From a bacterium (GTDB lineage: Bacteria > Zhuqueibacterota > Zhuqueibacteria > Oceanimicrobiales > Oceanimicrobiaceae): 21,490 nt of DNA. The position numbers and the translations under genes are program-made. A model generated the notes under the pieces. The model saw only the letters and a program-made list of their open reading frames with translations. It was not told where the DNA came from and ran no database searches. The first letter of the stretch is position 1. The number at the start of each line of letters is the position of its first letter. The stretch covers positions 1 through 21,490 of the forward strand of contig JBHHYI010000069.1 in NCBI GenBank assembly GCA_046757525.1. The letters run 5' to 3'. Shown one piece after another: positions 1 to 9,555 of the stretch.

Positions 1-47
1 CCGTCACGAGTGTATTGATTTCGTTGAAAGCGGTTGGGGTTTTGTGA
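1..47 (+). CDS. 3' end of an upstream gene (partial), possibly a polysaccharide export (Wza/SLBB-type) protein
   Basis: The frame from position 3 reads VTSVLISLKAVGVL-stop (TGA 45-47), a hydrophobic C-terminal helix directly upstream of a co-polymerase gene. Identity is inferred from context only. Confidence 0.3.
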   Translation, partial: VTSVLISLKAVGVL

Positions 48-229
48 GTGTGAATTGGGTCCAATAGATATTATATTTCCAACCTATAAAGAACTTTCTG
101 TTCTACTCAATAGTCAAAATATGCTAAGTCATAATTCTCATCGTGCTTAAATAGTCATTCTTTAAACATGGATAGATCAATCTCAAACCAATCTTGCAGT
201 CCCTGAACTCGATAAATTCATTTGTAGAA

Positions 230-1495
230 ATGACAAAAGGTGCAAAAAATCCGACCATAATTGATTACATTGCCGTTGTTGTCAAGTGGCGAAAAATGAT
301 TATCGTTAATTTTTTCGTAGTCACTTTACTAACAGCAGCGTATTCGTTAGTCATGCCTAAGACCTTTACAGCTATAACGACCATACTTCCGCCGTCCGAA
401 GAAAGCAATGGTCTTGGCGTTGCGAGCCTTGTTGGAAGTCTACCATTTGGTAGCTTGGGTTTAGGCAATGTCACCGCTGAAACTAACATTTTCATTGCTA
501 TCTTAAACAGCCGCACAGTTATGGAGACGATTGCAAAGGAATTTGATCTAATGCAATTATATAATACAGAAAACATGGAAGAAACTGTTAAGAGTTTGAG
601 AGAAAATGTTTCTGTGGTCGTCAATGATGACGGGACCATAAGCGTATCTGCTTCTGCTCAAACAGGATTTTTAGCTTTTAATGAAGACGAAAAGAACAAA
701 GTCAGAAATCTGGCTAAAGATATTTCGAATGCTTTTGTCCACGAATTAGATCAGGTAAACTCTAGACTTAAAAGTGAGAGAGCAAAGAATAATAGAATCT
801 TTATTGAAAAAAGGTACTTGAAAAATCTAAGTGACCTCCATCGTGCTGAAGATTCTTTGAAGAACTTTCAAGAAATCTATGGCGTTATTGCTTTGCCAGA
901 GCAAACTGACGCATCTATTCAGGCAGCGGCAGAGTTAAATGCAAAAATTACCACCAAGGAAATAGAGGTAGCTGTTTTGAGCAAATATATGAGTGGCTCG
1001 CATATGAAATTGAATCGCGCAAAAAGCGAATTAAGGGAGTTGAAAAGAAAATTAAAGGAAATGAAGGAGGGTATAAACTACGACTTAACGAGTCCCCAGG
1101 ATGGCCATAATAATACTGATTTGTTTATTCCATTAAATGAAGCTCCAGATATAGGTCTAAAATATATACGGTTATATAGAGAGGTCACATTACAGGAAAA
1201 GCTATTAGAATTTCTGCTTCCCCAGTATGAACAAGCGAAGATTCAAGAAGCAAAGGACACGCCCACTGTACAAGTGCTGGATGAGGCCATAACTCCAATC
1301 AAGAGAACCAGTCCAAAACGCACGATCATTGTATTGCTTAGTGGATTCTTGAGCCTGATATTGAGTGTTTGTTTGATCCTGATGTTCGAGTATTGGCAAA
1401 GAGTAAAGAGGGAAGGTGGGGACGATTTCGAGAAATTGTCCACAGCGCTTTTTCAACTGAGGCGCGACTTTCATCTTATTAGAAGAAAAAATTGA
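230..1495 (+). CDS. Polysaccharide co-polymerase / chain-length determinant (Wzz/GumC-like, no kinase domain)
   Basis: N-terminal TM followed by MPKTFTAITTILPP, a long coiled-coil periplasmic region, and C-terminal VQVLDEA..P.KRTSPKR plus TM helix. No Walker A tyrosine-kinase domain. ATG 230 is preferred over TTG 194. Confidence 0.85.
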   Translation: MTKGAKNPTIIDYIAVVVKWRKMIIVNFFVVTLLTAAYSLVMPKTFTAITTILPPSEESNGLGVASLVGSLPFGSLGLGNVTAETNIFIAILNSRTVMETIAKEFDLMQLYNTENMEETVKSLRENVSVVVNDDGTISVSASAQTGFLAFNEDEKNKVRNLAKDISNAFVHELDQVNSRLKSERAKNNRIFIEKRYLKNLSDLHRAEDSLKNFQEIYGVIALPEQTDASIQAAAELNAKITTKEIEVAVLSKYMSGSHMKLNRAKSELRELKRKLKEMKEGINYDLTSPQDGHNNTDLFIPLNEAPDIGLKYIRLYREVTLQEKLLEFLLPQYEQAKIQEAKDTPTVQVLDEAITPIKRTSPKRTIIVLLSGFLSLILSVCLILMFEYWQRVKREGGDDFEKLSTALFQLRRDFHLIRRKN

Positions 1496-1522
1496 TCACA
1501 GGAAACAAGGTCCGAAGGCAAA

Positions 1523-2455
1523 GTGGGCTACTTCAAAACAGCTCCGGCATTAGATCTATCCATTGTCATCGTTAGTTTCAATGTCAAAGATTTCTTAAAA
1601 GCGTGCCTAAATTCGCTCTATCATAGCATAGTAGATATCGAATTTGAAGTCTTTGTAGTGGACAACAATTCACAAGATGCTACAGCCCAAATGATTGAAA
1701 GAGATTTCCCCCAGGTTAAGTTGATTCAAAACCATGAAAACATTGGATTTGTTAAAGCCAATAATAGAGCCTTTGAAAGAAGTCAAGGCAGATATATTTT
1801 GATGCTAAACCCTGATACAGTGATTCTGGAAAACTATCTTCACGTAACGGTAAGATATTTTGACCAGGAGCCAAATGTCGGGGCCATTGGTTGTAAAATG
1901 CTAAATCCAGACCACAGTTTGCAAGCTTCTTGCTACAACTTTCCAAGTCTTCGGGAAATTTTTGGGATGTACTTTGTCGGTAGTCAAAAATTCAGTGGCT
2001 TGAAGAAAATGGACTACAATAAAACTCAAGAAGTCGATTTTGTCCGTGGTGCATTCTTGGCGCTTAATAGACGATGTCTGGAAGAGATTGGTTTATTGGA
2101 CGAAAGGCTATTCATGTTTGGTGAGGAAACTGACCTTTGCTATCGTATGAAGCTCAGGGGGTGGAAAGTGTTGTACATGCCCGACACCGTCATTATTCAT
2201 CACAAGGGTAAGAGTACGGAACAGATCACGGACAATATGTACTCGCAAAGAATCCAAAGTTTGATTTACTATTTTCAAAAACATCGTAGTAAGTTAAGTA
2301 CATTTATGCTCAGAGTTATTATTTTCTTAGGTGTGGGTTCAAGGCTATTGCTCAGGGCTCTTATCAATATTAGAAATAAGTATTCTGGGAAAAAAACAAT
2401 TTCTAAGGATACGCAATTCGAAGCATTAAGATTAGCATTAGGCCTGAACAAATAA
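1523..2455 (+). CDS. Glycosyltransferase family 2 (WbbL/rhamnosyltransferase-like)
   Basis: Motifs LSIVIVSFN, VVDNNSQD, ENIGFVKANN, LNPDT, DFVRGAFL, FMFGEETDLC, IIHHKG. Confidence 0.9.
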   Translation: MGYFKTAPALDLSIVIVSFNVKDFLKACLNSLYHSIVDIEFEVFVVDNNSQDATAQMIERDFPQVKLIQNHENIGFVKANNRAFERSQGRYILMLNPDTVILENYLHVTVRYFDQEPNVGAIGCKMLNPDHSLQASCYNFPSLREIFGMYFVGSQKFSGLKKMDYNKTQEVDFVRGAFLALNRRCLEEIGLLDERLFMFGEETDLCYRMKLRGWKVLYMPDTVIIHHKGKSTEQITDNMYSQRIQSLIYYFQKHRSKLSTFMLRVIIFLGVGSRLLLRALINIRNKYSGKKTISKDTQFEALRLALGLNK

Positions 2456-2487
2456 CATCGGTGCAAAATTTACTTTAGGATGTACTT

Positions 2488-3804
2488 TTGAAAAAAGTTT
2501 TAAAGCTCATTGGCACCAAGAAAGTATTTGCTCTTTTAAACAAGTCCATCCCCACGCTTAATGGCCTTCTCACTGTCTTTGTTATTATTAGAACAATCCC
2601 AAAATATGAATTCGGGCTTTTGGCCTTAATCAATACATTTGATTTTGCTCTGTTTGCCTTTAGCGGAGGGTTGATTCTTCAGGCGTTACAAAAATATGCT
2701 GCTGAGGTTGACGGTGATGAACTCAACGATTTAGCTACCAATTCGGTATTTCTTTACACTACCTTATCATTAGCACCGGCGATATTTGTTGCAATATTCG
2801 CAAAAAACATAGAAGCTTTTCTAAATGCAGAATCATTGTCAAAACTCTTAAGATGGTTACCGTTAATAGTCGTTTCGCATTGGGGCAGAAAGTTCGGGTA
2901 TTACATTCTGCTGGCAAAAGAAAAGCTTGTAGAAGTCTTTATAGTCGATTTTGTCCCATTTGTTATTTCAGCAATTCTTCTTTTCTCTCTTTACTTTTCG
3001 AACAATCTGAGAACAGCTTTGGCGATCGTAATCGTGCGCTTGGTTTCTGATTTTGGGGCTGCAGCGGTCAGCCTCAATTATTTGAAAAGAGATATCCGAT
3101 TAACCAAGAAGCTAAATCAATTCTGGCTAAGAAGACTGCTGAGTTTTGGAAAATACTCCTTTGGGACGACCATTGGCAACCTAATCCATGCTCGCACCGA
3201 TACGCTGATGATAGCTTATTTTTACAATCCAGTAGCGTTGGCCGTGTACAATTCAGCCAGAGGGATTGCAGATTTCTTTAGAACTTTTGTTCAAGCCGCA
3301 AACATGATTGTCTTACCTAGAGCTTCAAACCTTTTTGCTAAAAGCGATATTAAAGGAGTCAGAACAATTTATTTTAAAGGGATTATCTTTTCATTAATCC
3401 TCGTATTTCCCATAGCCTTAATCATGTTAAGTGTGCCGAAATTCATTCTCAATTTAGCCTACGGTGGAAAATATCAAGAAAGTGCAAGCATACTTCAGAT
3501 ATTGGCTTTCGCTTCGTTGATAAGTCCATTAGGAACCATTGGATCCAGTGTAGCGGCCGGTATTGGCAAACCAAATCTAACTTTTATTGCCATGTGGTTG
3601 TCGGTATTGGTGAATATTGGCTTAAATCTTCTACTCATCCCCCAATATGGTGCCATTGGTGCGGCTTACGCGACTCTTGCAGCAATCGTAATAGGAGGTT
3701 TTGCTATCACACGATTTGTTCACCGCGCCATTAACCTGTCCTTCAGCAAGGTAGGTAAAGCATCATTAACCGGAATGGTTCTGTCGGTCAAGGACAAGAA
3801 ATGA
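2488..3804 (+). CDS. wzx: Oligosaccharide flippase (Wzx, MOP superfamily)
   Basis: About 12 hydrophobic segments; RTDTLMI..F.....LAVYNSA and NIGLNLLLIPQYGAIGAAYAT motifs; located in a glycosyltransferase cluster. Confidence 0.85.
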   Translation: MKKVLKLIGTKKVFALLNKSIPTLNGLLTVFVIIRTIPKYEFGLLALINTFDFALFAFSGGLILQALQKYAAEVDGDELNDLATNSVFLYTTLSLAPAIFVAIFAKNIEAFLNAESLSKLLRWLPLIVVSHWGRKFGYYILLAKEKLVEVFIVDFVPFVISAILLFSLYFSNNLRTALAIVIVRLVSDFGAAAVSLNYLKRDIRLTKKLNQFWLRRLLSFGKYSFGTTIGNLIHARTDTLMIAYFYNPVALAVYNSARGIADFFRTFVQAANMIVLPRASNLFAKSDIKGVRTIYFKGIIFSLILVFPIALIMLSVPKFILNLAYGGKYQESASILQILAFASLISPLGTIGSSVAAGIGKPNLTFIAMWLSVLVNIGLNLLLIPQYGAIGAAYATLAAIVIGGFAITRFVHRAINLSFSKVGKASLTGMVLSVKDKK

Positions 3805-5201
3805 TCGAAGCGCAAGAAAAATACATTGAGCAGAGCACTAAGATAGCAGTTATTGTCATTTCTATACTGCTAACTATTTCCGTTCTAATAGCCTTATTTC
3901 GAAGTGTGCCATTTCAATATTTCGTTGTAGCCCTGACCTGTATTGTTGCCATTCCGTTTTTTCTCAGCGTTGAAAAAATAATTTGCCTGTTGACGTTTTA
4001 CGTCATAGCTTTCGAGATCCCACTGTTTAAAGGGAGTCTTTATCCTCTGTCCGTTAATTATTTTGTCATAGACCTCGCGCTGCTGCTTTTATTTTTGTTT
4101 CTTTTAGGTGACTACAGTTTTAAAAAAAATGAGTCTGATTTCAGTCCCTTTTTTAGCTGGCCCTTTTTATTGTTTTTCTTAATTGTGGGATTGTCATTTT
4201 TCATGGGGATCAGATACGGGAACAATCTGCATTACCTGCGCAGTGAACTCAGGATTCTGGGTTACTATGCGGTTTATTTCGTGGCGGTAAGACACTTTCA
4301 GGAGGAGCGATGGATTAAAATATTTTCGATTACCATTGTCATAGCCACATTGCTTGTGACATTTGACTACCTTTACACCTACAATTCATTACCTATCTTC
4401 AGATTTGTGTCCAGGCAGGTGCACATCTTTTTGTTGGTCACGCCTTTTCTGGTAAGCCTAATGATTCTGGATAAAAACACTTTAAGAAGAATTGTTTATT
4501 TTATTCTCTTAATACCCATCAGTTTAAGTGTCATTATTTCTCAAACCAGAGGGACCTGGTTTTCCATTTTCATTGCCATTCTATTGGCTGCATTCCTTTC
4601 TTTATTTGCGAGCTTTAAAGGGCAACGCAAGATTCTGTCATTTTCTTTTGCAATCTTAACTTTGCTCATCATCGTCATTTTTAGCTTGAATCTGATCGGA
4701 AGAATGTCTAAAACGAAAGAGGAATTTGTACAAACCAGAGTCGAAAGTATATCTAACCTTCAAGCTGATTATTCATTAGCCATGCGGGCTCATTCTTATT
4801 TGACGGTGTTAAAAAAGATTCAGAGTCACCCCTGGCTTGGTAATGGCCTCGGTGCAACGGCAACCTATTTGTTTTTTGGCCAATATTCTACCCAAAATAA
4901 TGTCGATAGCACCTATCTCACGATTTTGTGGAAAATGGGGATTGCGGGCTTACTTGTTTTTCTCTTTTTATATTTTCTTCTATTGAAGAAGGCCTTTTTC
5001 ATTTACCGAAAGGAACAGGATCTTTTTCTAAGGGCATTTGCGGTTGGAATGCTTTCGGCTTTTGCGGCTTTCTTAATCCTGGGAACCATAAGTCCGATTC
5101 TAATATCGAGCAGATTTAATTTTCTCTTTGGGGTGTTGTTTGCTATTACAGAAATTCTGGCACAGAAAACATTTAAACAGAGGGTACTTGAGAAGGCCTA
5201 A
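3801..5201 (+). CDS. O-antigen ligase / Wzy polymerase family membrane protein
   Basis: Polytopic membrane protein with SQTRGTW, a periplasmic loop with S.AMR..SY and HPWLGNGLG, and DSTYL.ILWKMGIAG. ATGA overlap with the flippase gene. Confidence 0.8.
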   Translation: MIEAQEKYIEQSTKIAVIVISILLTISVLIALFRSVPFQYFVVALTCIVAIPFFLSVEKIICLLTFYVIAFEIPLFKGSLYPLSVNYFVIDLALLLLFLFLLGDYSFKKNESDFSPFFSWPFLLFFLIVGLSFFMGIRYGNNLHYLRSELRILGYYAVYFVAVRHFQEERWIKIFSITIVIATLLVTFDYLYTYNSLPIFRFVSRQVHIFLLVTPFLVSLMILDKNTLRRIVYFILLIPISLSVIISQTRGTWFSIFIAILLAAFLSLFASFKGQRKILSFSFAILTLLIIVIFSLNLIGRMSKTKEEFVQTRVESISNLQADYSLAMRAHSYLTVLKKIQSHPWLGNGLGATATYLFFGQYSTQNNVDSTYLTILWKMGIAGLLVFLFLYFLLLKKAFFIYRKEQDLFLRAFAVGMLSAFAAFLILGTISPILISSRFNFLFGVLFAITEILAQKTFKQRVLEKA

Positions 5202-5216
5202 AAACCACATGTTGCC

Positions 5217-6443
5217 ATGTACATGCGAAGGATAATCTATTTGACTTGTATTGAAAGGATTTTCTTTGGAGTACTTAGAAGCCAGGTAATTAAGACTCTG
5301 ATGGCGATGGAAGAGACATCAAGAGACCTTAACATATCACTAGTTTCATTTATCCCAATTCACCACTATATTAAATACAGAGATATTAGACAACAACTCA
5401 AAACCGAATTTAGAAATTTGGGCATGCAATTTATACCCATCCCGATATTGTTTTTGAGCCGCGACATCAATATTCGTTCCTGGCTACTTCCTCTTTTTTT
5501 GGTTCAGACCTTACCGGTCATGTTCGCTGTGGCATTATTTAACCATGCTGCAATTATTCATGCCCGCAGTTATCCGGCAAGTTTGGTTGGCCTATTCATA
5601 AAAAAGCTCTTAGGTGTGAAACTAATTTTTGATATGCGCGGACTTTACGTTGATGAAGCCTTGCTTGTCAACAAATTCAAACCAAATTCAAGCGACGAGA
5701 AGCTATGGCGCAAACTAGAAGCATGGCTTGTTCTAAAATCCGATGCTGTAATAGGAGTTTCACCAGGATTTAGAACGCATTTGGGCGGCCTTCTTAATGA
5801 CACAAGATTCTTTGTCGTACCCTGTTCCGTTGATCTGGCCGAGTTTTATTTCGATGCAAACAAACGTCTAATGCGACGGAAGGAATTAAATTTAGCAAAA
5901 CGCTTTATTGCTGTTTTTTCTGGTAGTCTAGGATCCTGGGTTTCAGTTCAATCGATTATTACGACCTTTAAAAAAATACAAGTTGTCAAAAAGAATGCCT
6001 TCTTGCTAATTCTTACACAGACCACCGATCCTGGAATCAAAGAACGTCTGCTTCCGCTTGGAAGTAAGAACTTTGCAATTTTCAATCTGAAACCCGAGCA
6101 GGTCGCTGATATGTTACGAATTGCGGATATAGCATTATTGCTTCGGAAGAAAAACGTTGTGAACGAAGTAGCCTTGGCAGTAAAATTCGGCGAGTACTTA
6201 GCTTCTGGCATCCCTGTCGTGGCAACCAAATCTGCCCGCGAAGTAGCACGATTAGTAGAAGAACATGGATGTGGCGTTGTGTTAGAAGACGAAAATGATC
6301 CAAATTTAGAAGACAAAATCAAGGAGTTGATTAGATGTAAAGAAATCTATCGAACCAACGGGTTGAGGCTGGTTAAAGAATATTTGTCACTCCAACTTTG
6401 TAGCAGCAAGTTCATTGATATCTACGACAAATTGTTATTATAA
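5217..6443 (+). CDS. Glycosyltransferase family 4 (GT-B)
   Basis: Motifs IIHARSY, IFDMRG, AVFSGSLG, ADIAL, VKFGEYLASGIPVV. Confidence 0.85.
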   Translation: MYMRRIIYLTCIERIFFGVLRSQVIKTLMAMEETSRDLNISLVSFIPIHHYIKYRDIRQQLKTEFRNLGMQFIPIPILFLSRDINIRSWLLPLFLVQTLPVMFAVALFNHAAIIHARSYPASLVGLFIKKLLGVKLIFDMRGLYVDEALLVNKFKPNSSDEKLWRKLEAWLVLKSDAVIGVSPGFRTHLGGLLNDTRFFVVPCSVDLAEFYFDANKRLMRRKELNLAKRFIAVFSGSLGSWVSVQSIITTFKKIQVVKKNAFLLILTQTTDPGIKERLLPLGSKNFAIFNLKPEQVADMLRIADIALLLRKKNVVNEVALAVKFGEYLASGIPVVATKSAREVARLVEEHGCGVVLEDENDPNLEDKIKELIRCKEIYRTNGLRLVKEYLSLQLCSSKFIDIYDKLLL

Positions 6444-6564
6444 TTCCTTCTGAGCACTGATTTATGATTACAGCCTGAAACTCGTATGAAAGAAAGATTT
6501 CTTGAGATGCACAAATTAGTCTATGGACAAAGAACAAACATTATGTTGAAGGAATGGGCAACCT

Positions 6565-7279
6565 ATGCCTCTACAATTCACTGGTGAATTCTTCCTTCCA
6601 GGGCAAACTCCAAAGCGGCTGGAAGAGGATCCCGTAGAACGTTATAAGTTTGCTTGTCGTTTTGTTGAAGGGAAGACTGTCTTGGACATTGCTTGTGGTG
6701 TAGGTGACGGGTCTAATATTATGGCGGAATTCAGGGCTTCATGGGTAGATGGCGTTGACATATCTAAAGATGTTATAGAATACGCACAATCTAACTATCA
6801 GGTTCAAAACCTTTCTTTCCACATAAGAGACATCAGTCAGTTCAAGCCAGGTAAAATCTATGATGTAATCACTGGTTTCGAAACTATAGAGCACGTTGAG
6901 GATCACCAGGCGGTACTATTGAATCTTTATTCGCTGCTCAAGGAAGGAGGTATGCTTATTATTTCTTTTCCGAATAGAACCAACTTCGCCTGGTTCAAAG
7001 TCATTTCATGACAAACCGTCCAACAAATTCCATATCCTGGAGTTCACTATTGAGGAACTAAGAAACGGGTTAGTTCGTGTTGGTTTTGAAGTAAATGATT
7101 TAGACATTTTTGTTCAGAGACAACAAGTGTATTTTTCTAACAAATTGTTGAGGAACCTGTACAATAAGATTCTCAAGCCCAATGAACGTTTCAGCCCGAT
7201 CGTCATGCGCGTTAGCCGTTTGGTGCCAAGATACATTGTAATCATTGCAAGGAAACAAAGTAGGCATGTCGTCGCCTGA
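6565..7279 (+). pseudogene. Class I SAM-dependent methyltransferase, frameshifted
   Basis: Frame 1 (6565-7011) has FTGE, VLDIACGVG, GVDIS, FETIEH and IISFPNR. At about 6980 the sequence continues in the +1 frame as TSPGSKSFHDKPSNKFHILEFTIEEL...IVIIARK to TGA 7277-7279, 10 nt before the next gene. Confidence 0.85.
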
Positions 7280-7289
7280 GTATTTTTAA

Positions 7290-8360
7290 ATGAAAGTATT
7301 ATTCTTTCTTGTATTTCCAGAAATCAATGCCGGCAGCAGATATAGGGTGTACAAGTACTTAAGCTATTTAGAAAAAGAAAATATCGAATATGCGGTCTGT
7401 CCACCCATGTCAAATGGATTATTCCAGTATCTTTACCAAACAAAAAACCCAATAAAAAAGGCGTTGTTTTATCTAATCACTTATTTGGTGAGAGTAAGAG
7501 ATTTGGCCAAAGTAAAAAGTTATGACCTCATATTTATCCACCAGGGATTGTGTTATTTTGGTCCCCCCGTATTGGAATATTTCATTGCCAGACTAAACAA
7601 AAATATTATTCTTGATATCGATGATGCCCATTTTGCCAAACCTCTCTTTGCTACCGGTTTCGGGGCACGATTTCATGACCGGAACAGAATTGCCAAGCTG
7701 TGCAAGCTGTCGAGCCAGGTGATTGTCAGCGTTGACTATATAAAGCAATACGTTGAAAAACATAATACTAATGTTGTGGTAATTCCCACTTCAGTAGATC
7801 TCGCAAGATATGTATTAAAGGACTACAAGCGCGAAAGCAACCGCTCATTGGTGATCGGCTGGGCCGGCACAGCCTCTGGGTTAGTTTATTTGCGAAATTT
7901 AGAAAAGGTTCTTGAACAATTATCTCAGCGATATGACTTTCACCTGAAGATAATCTGCACCGATACAATTCCGTTAAGAAATGTGAAAGTGACTCATTGC
8001 CAATGGTCGCTGGAAAACGAAATCCGTGATCTGCAAAGTTTGGACATTGGCATCATGCCCCTGCCCGATTCAGAATTTGAAAAAGGCAAAGGCGGATTCA
8101 AACTAATTCAATATATGGGCGTAGGTGTACCAGTGGTGTGTTCTCCAGTAGGTGTTAATAGTGAAATAGTTCAGGATGGAATCAACGGTTTCTTAGCCGA
8201 AACTGAAAACGAATGGCTCGAAAAATTATCCCTATTACTTGAAAATGAAGAAATACGAGAGAAGGTCGGCAAAAAAGGCAGAGAAAGTATTCAAGACAAA
8301 TTTACTATTGAGGGTAATGCTGCGAAATTTGTCCAGGTGATTAAAAATAGCGTCCATTAA
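7290..8360 (+). CDS. Glycosyltransferase family 4 (GT-B)
   Basis: Motifs GSRYRV, DIDDA, IPTSVD, IGWAGT, DIGIMPL, GKGGFKLIQYMGVGVPVVCSPVGVN.EIV.DG.NGFLA. Confidence 0.9.
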   Translation: MKVLFFLVFPEINAGSRYRVYKYLSYLEKENIEYAVCPPMSNGLFQYLYQTKNPIKKALFYLITYLVRVRDLAKVKSYDLIFIHQGLCYFGPPVLEYFIARLNKNIILDIDDAHFAKPLFATGFGARFHDRNRIAKLCKLSSQVIVSVDYIKQYVEKHNTNVVVIPTSVDLARYVLKDYKRESNRSLVIGWAGTASGLVYLRNLEKVLEQLSQRYDFHLKIICTDTIPLRNVKVTHCQWSLENEIRDLQSLDIGIMPLPDSEFEKGKGGFKLIQYMGVGVPVVCSPVGVNSEIVQDGINGFLAETENEWLEKLSLLLENEEIREKVGKKGRESIQDKFTIEGNAAKFVQVIKNSVH

Positions 8361-8392
8361 CGTTTCTCAAAAAGGATACGATTTCCATCATA

Positions 8393-9514
8393 ATGCACAT
8401 CGTCATCGACGCACATTTAGCAGTCAAACAAATCGATGGGGTGGCCCGGTATTTGAATGGGTTGCTAACCGAGCTACCTAAAGTGGATCCGGCCATTCGA
8501 TACACGATCCTTTCTCTGCCGTCGGAAGCTTCGAGTTTGCCAGAAGCGATATTTGCCAATCCCAATGTGCAACGGGTTGAAATAAATGTGGACGGGCTTT
8601 CGCCAAGGCAGCATCTCATGATGCGTGGACTGTTGCAAGAGTTGCAAGCGGACCTGTACCATCATCCGCAATTCGATTTGCCGGTGGGCATTGGGGTGCC
8701 CTCGGTGGTTACCATTCACGATTTAAAATATCTGGCACATCCCCAGTTCTTGAAAAAAAAAAGCCGCCTGAAAAGTCTCTACATCAAAAAATCGTTGCAG
8801 CATTCTCTCAAGGCGGCCAGGCAAATCATCGCCGTCTCCAAAAATACGTTGCACGATTTAGAAAAATTATTTTCTTTCGATAAAGAAAAGGTGTCTGTGA
8901 TCCACCACGGCGTCCGGAAGTCGTCGAGGCGGCGTGCAGATGACAAAATTGTGCCCCCAGGCATGATGGCCAATGACTTTGTTCTATTTGTCGGCACCAG
9001 GCGTCCGCACAAAAACCTTGTGGGTCTGATCGAAGCCTGCCACATCTTGCGCAACCGCTACAGGCTGGCCGTGGACCTGGTGGTCGCGGGCAAAGCGTAC
9101 GCCGACTATTCCGAACCGGAAAAGACAGTTAGAGACCTTGGCATGGAATCTCACACCCACTTTCTGGACTTTGTGCCAGACCGCGATCTGACGGCACTTT
9201 ACCGGTCTGCCAGAGTGGTCGCGCTGGTTTCATTTTTCGAAGGTTTCGGGTTACCGCTCCTGGAGGCCATGTCCTACGGCACACCGGTGATCGGTTCCAA
9301 CACCACCTCCATTCCGGAGGTAATCGGGGACGCCGGCCTTCTCGCAAATCCCGACGACCCAAACGATATAGCACAAAAAATCTACCAGATCATTTCTGAT
9401 GAGGCGACGGCTCAAAAACTGTCCCGGGCCGGCCTGCAACGTTGTAAGCAATTTACCTGGAAATCTGTTGCAAAATCCACTTTAAATGTTTATAATAAAG
9501 CATTATCGAGTTGA
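8393..9514 (+). CDS. Glycosyltransferase family 4 (MtfA/WbaZ mannosyltransferase-like)
   Basis: Motifs DGVARY, VVTIHDL, FVGTRRPHKN, EGFGLPLLEAMSYGTPVI.SN..SIPEV.GDAG. Confidence 0.9.
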   Translation: MHIVIDAHLAVKQIDGVARYLNGLLTELPKVDPAIRYTILSLPSEASSLPEAIFANPNVQRVEINVDGLSPRQHLMMRGLLQELQADLYHHPQFDLPVGIGVPSVVTIHDLKYLAHPQFLKKKSRLKSLYIKKSLQHSLKAARQIIAVSKNTLHDLEKLFSFDKEKVSVIHHGVRKSSRRRADDKIVPPGMMANDFVLFVGTRRPHKNLVGLIEACHILRNRYRLAVDLVVAGKAYADYSEPEKTVRDLGMESHTHFLDFVPDRDLTALYRSARVVALVSFFEGFGLPLLEAMSYGTPVIGSNTTSIPEVIGDAGLLANPDDPNDIAQKIYQIISDEATAQKLSRAGLQRCKQFTWKSVAKSTLNVYNKALSS

Positions 9515-9555
9515 ATTCTGCCCTCACTAATTGCCTGATTCAGTAAATATCGGAA

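Noticed and set aside
6444..6564. Spacer reading ...ETRMKERFLEMHKLVY, reminiscent of a glycosyltransferase C-terminal remnant
   Set aside because: Too short and degenerate to support without a TBLASTN search.
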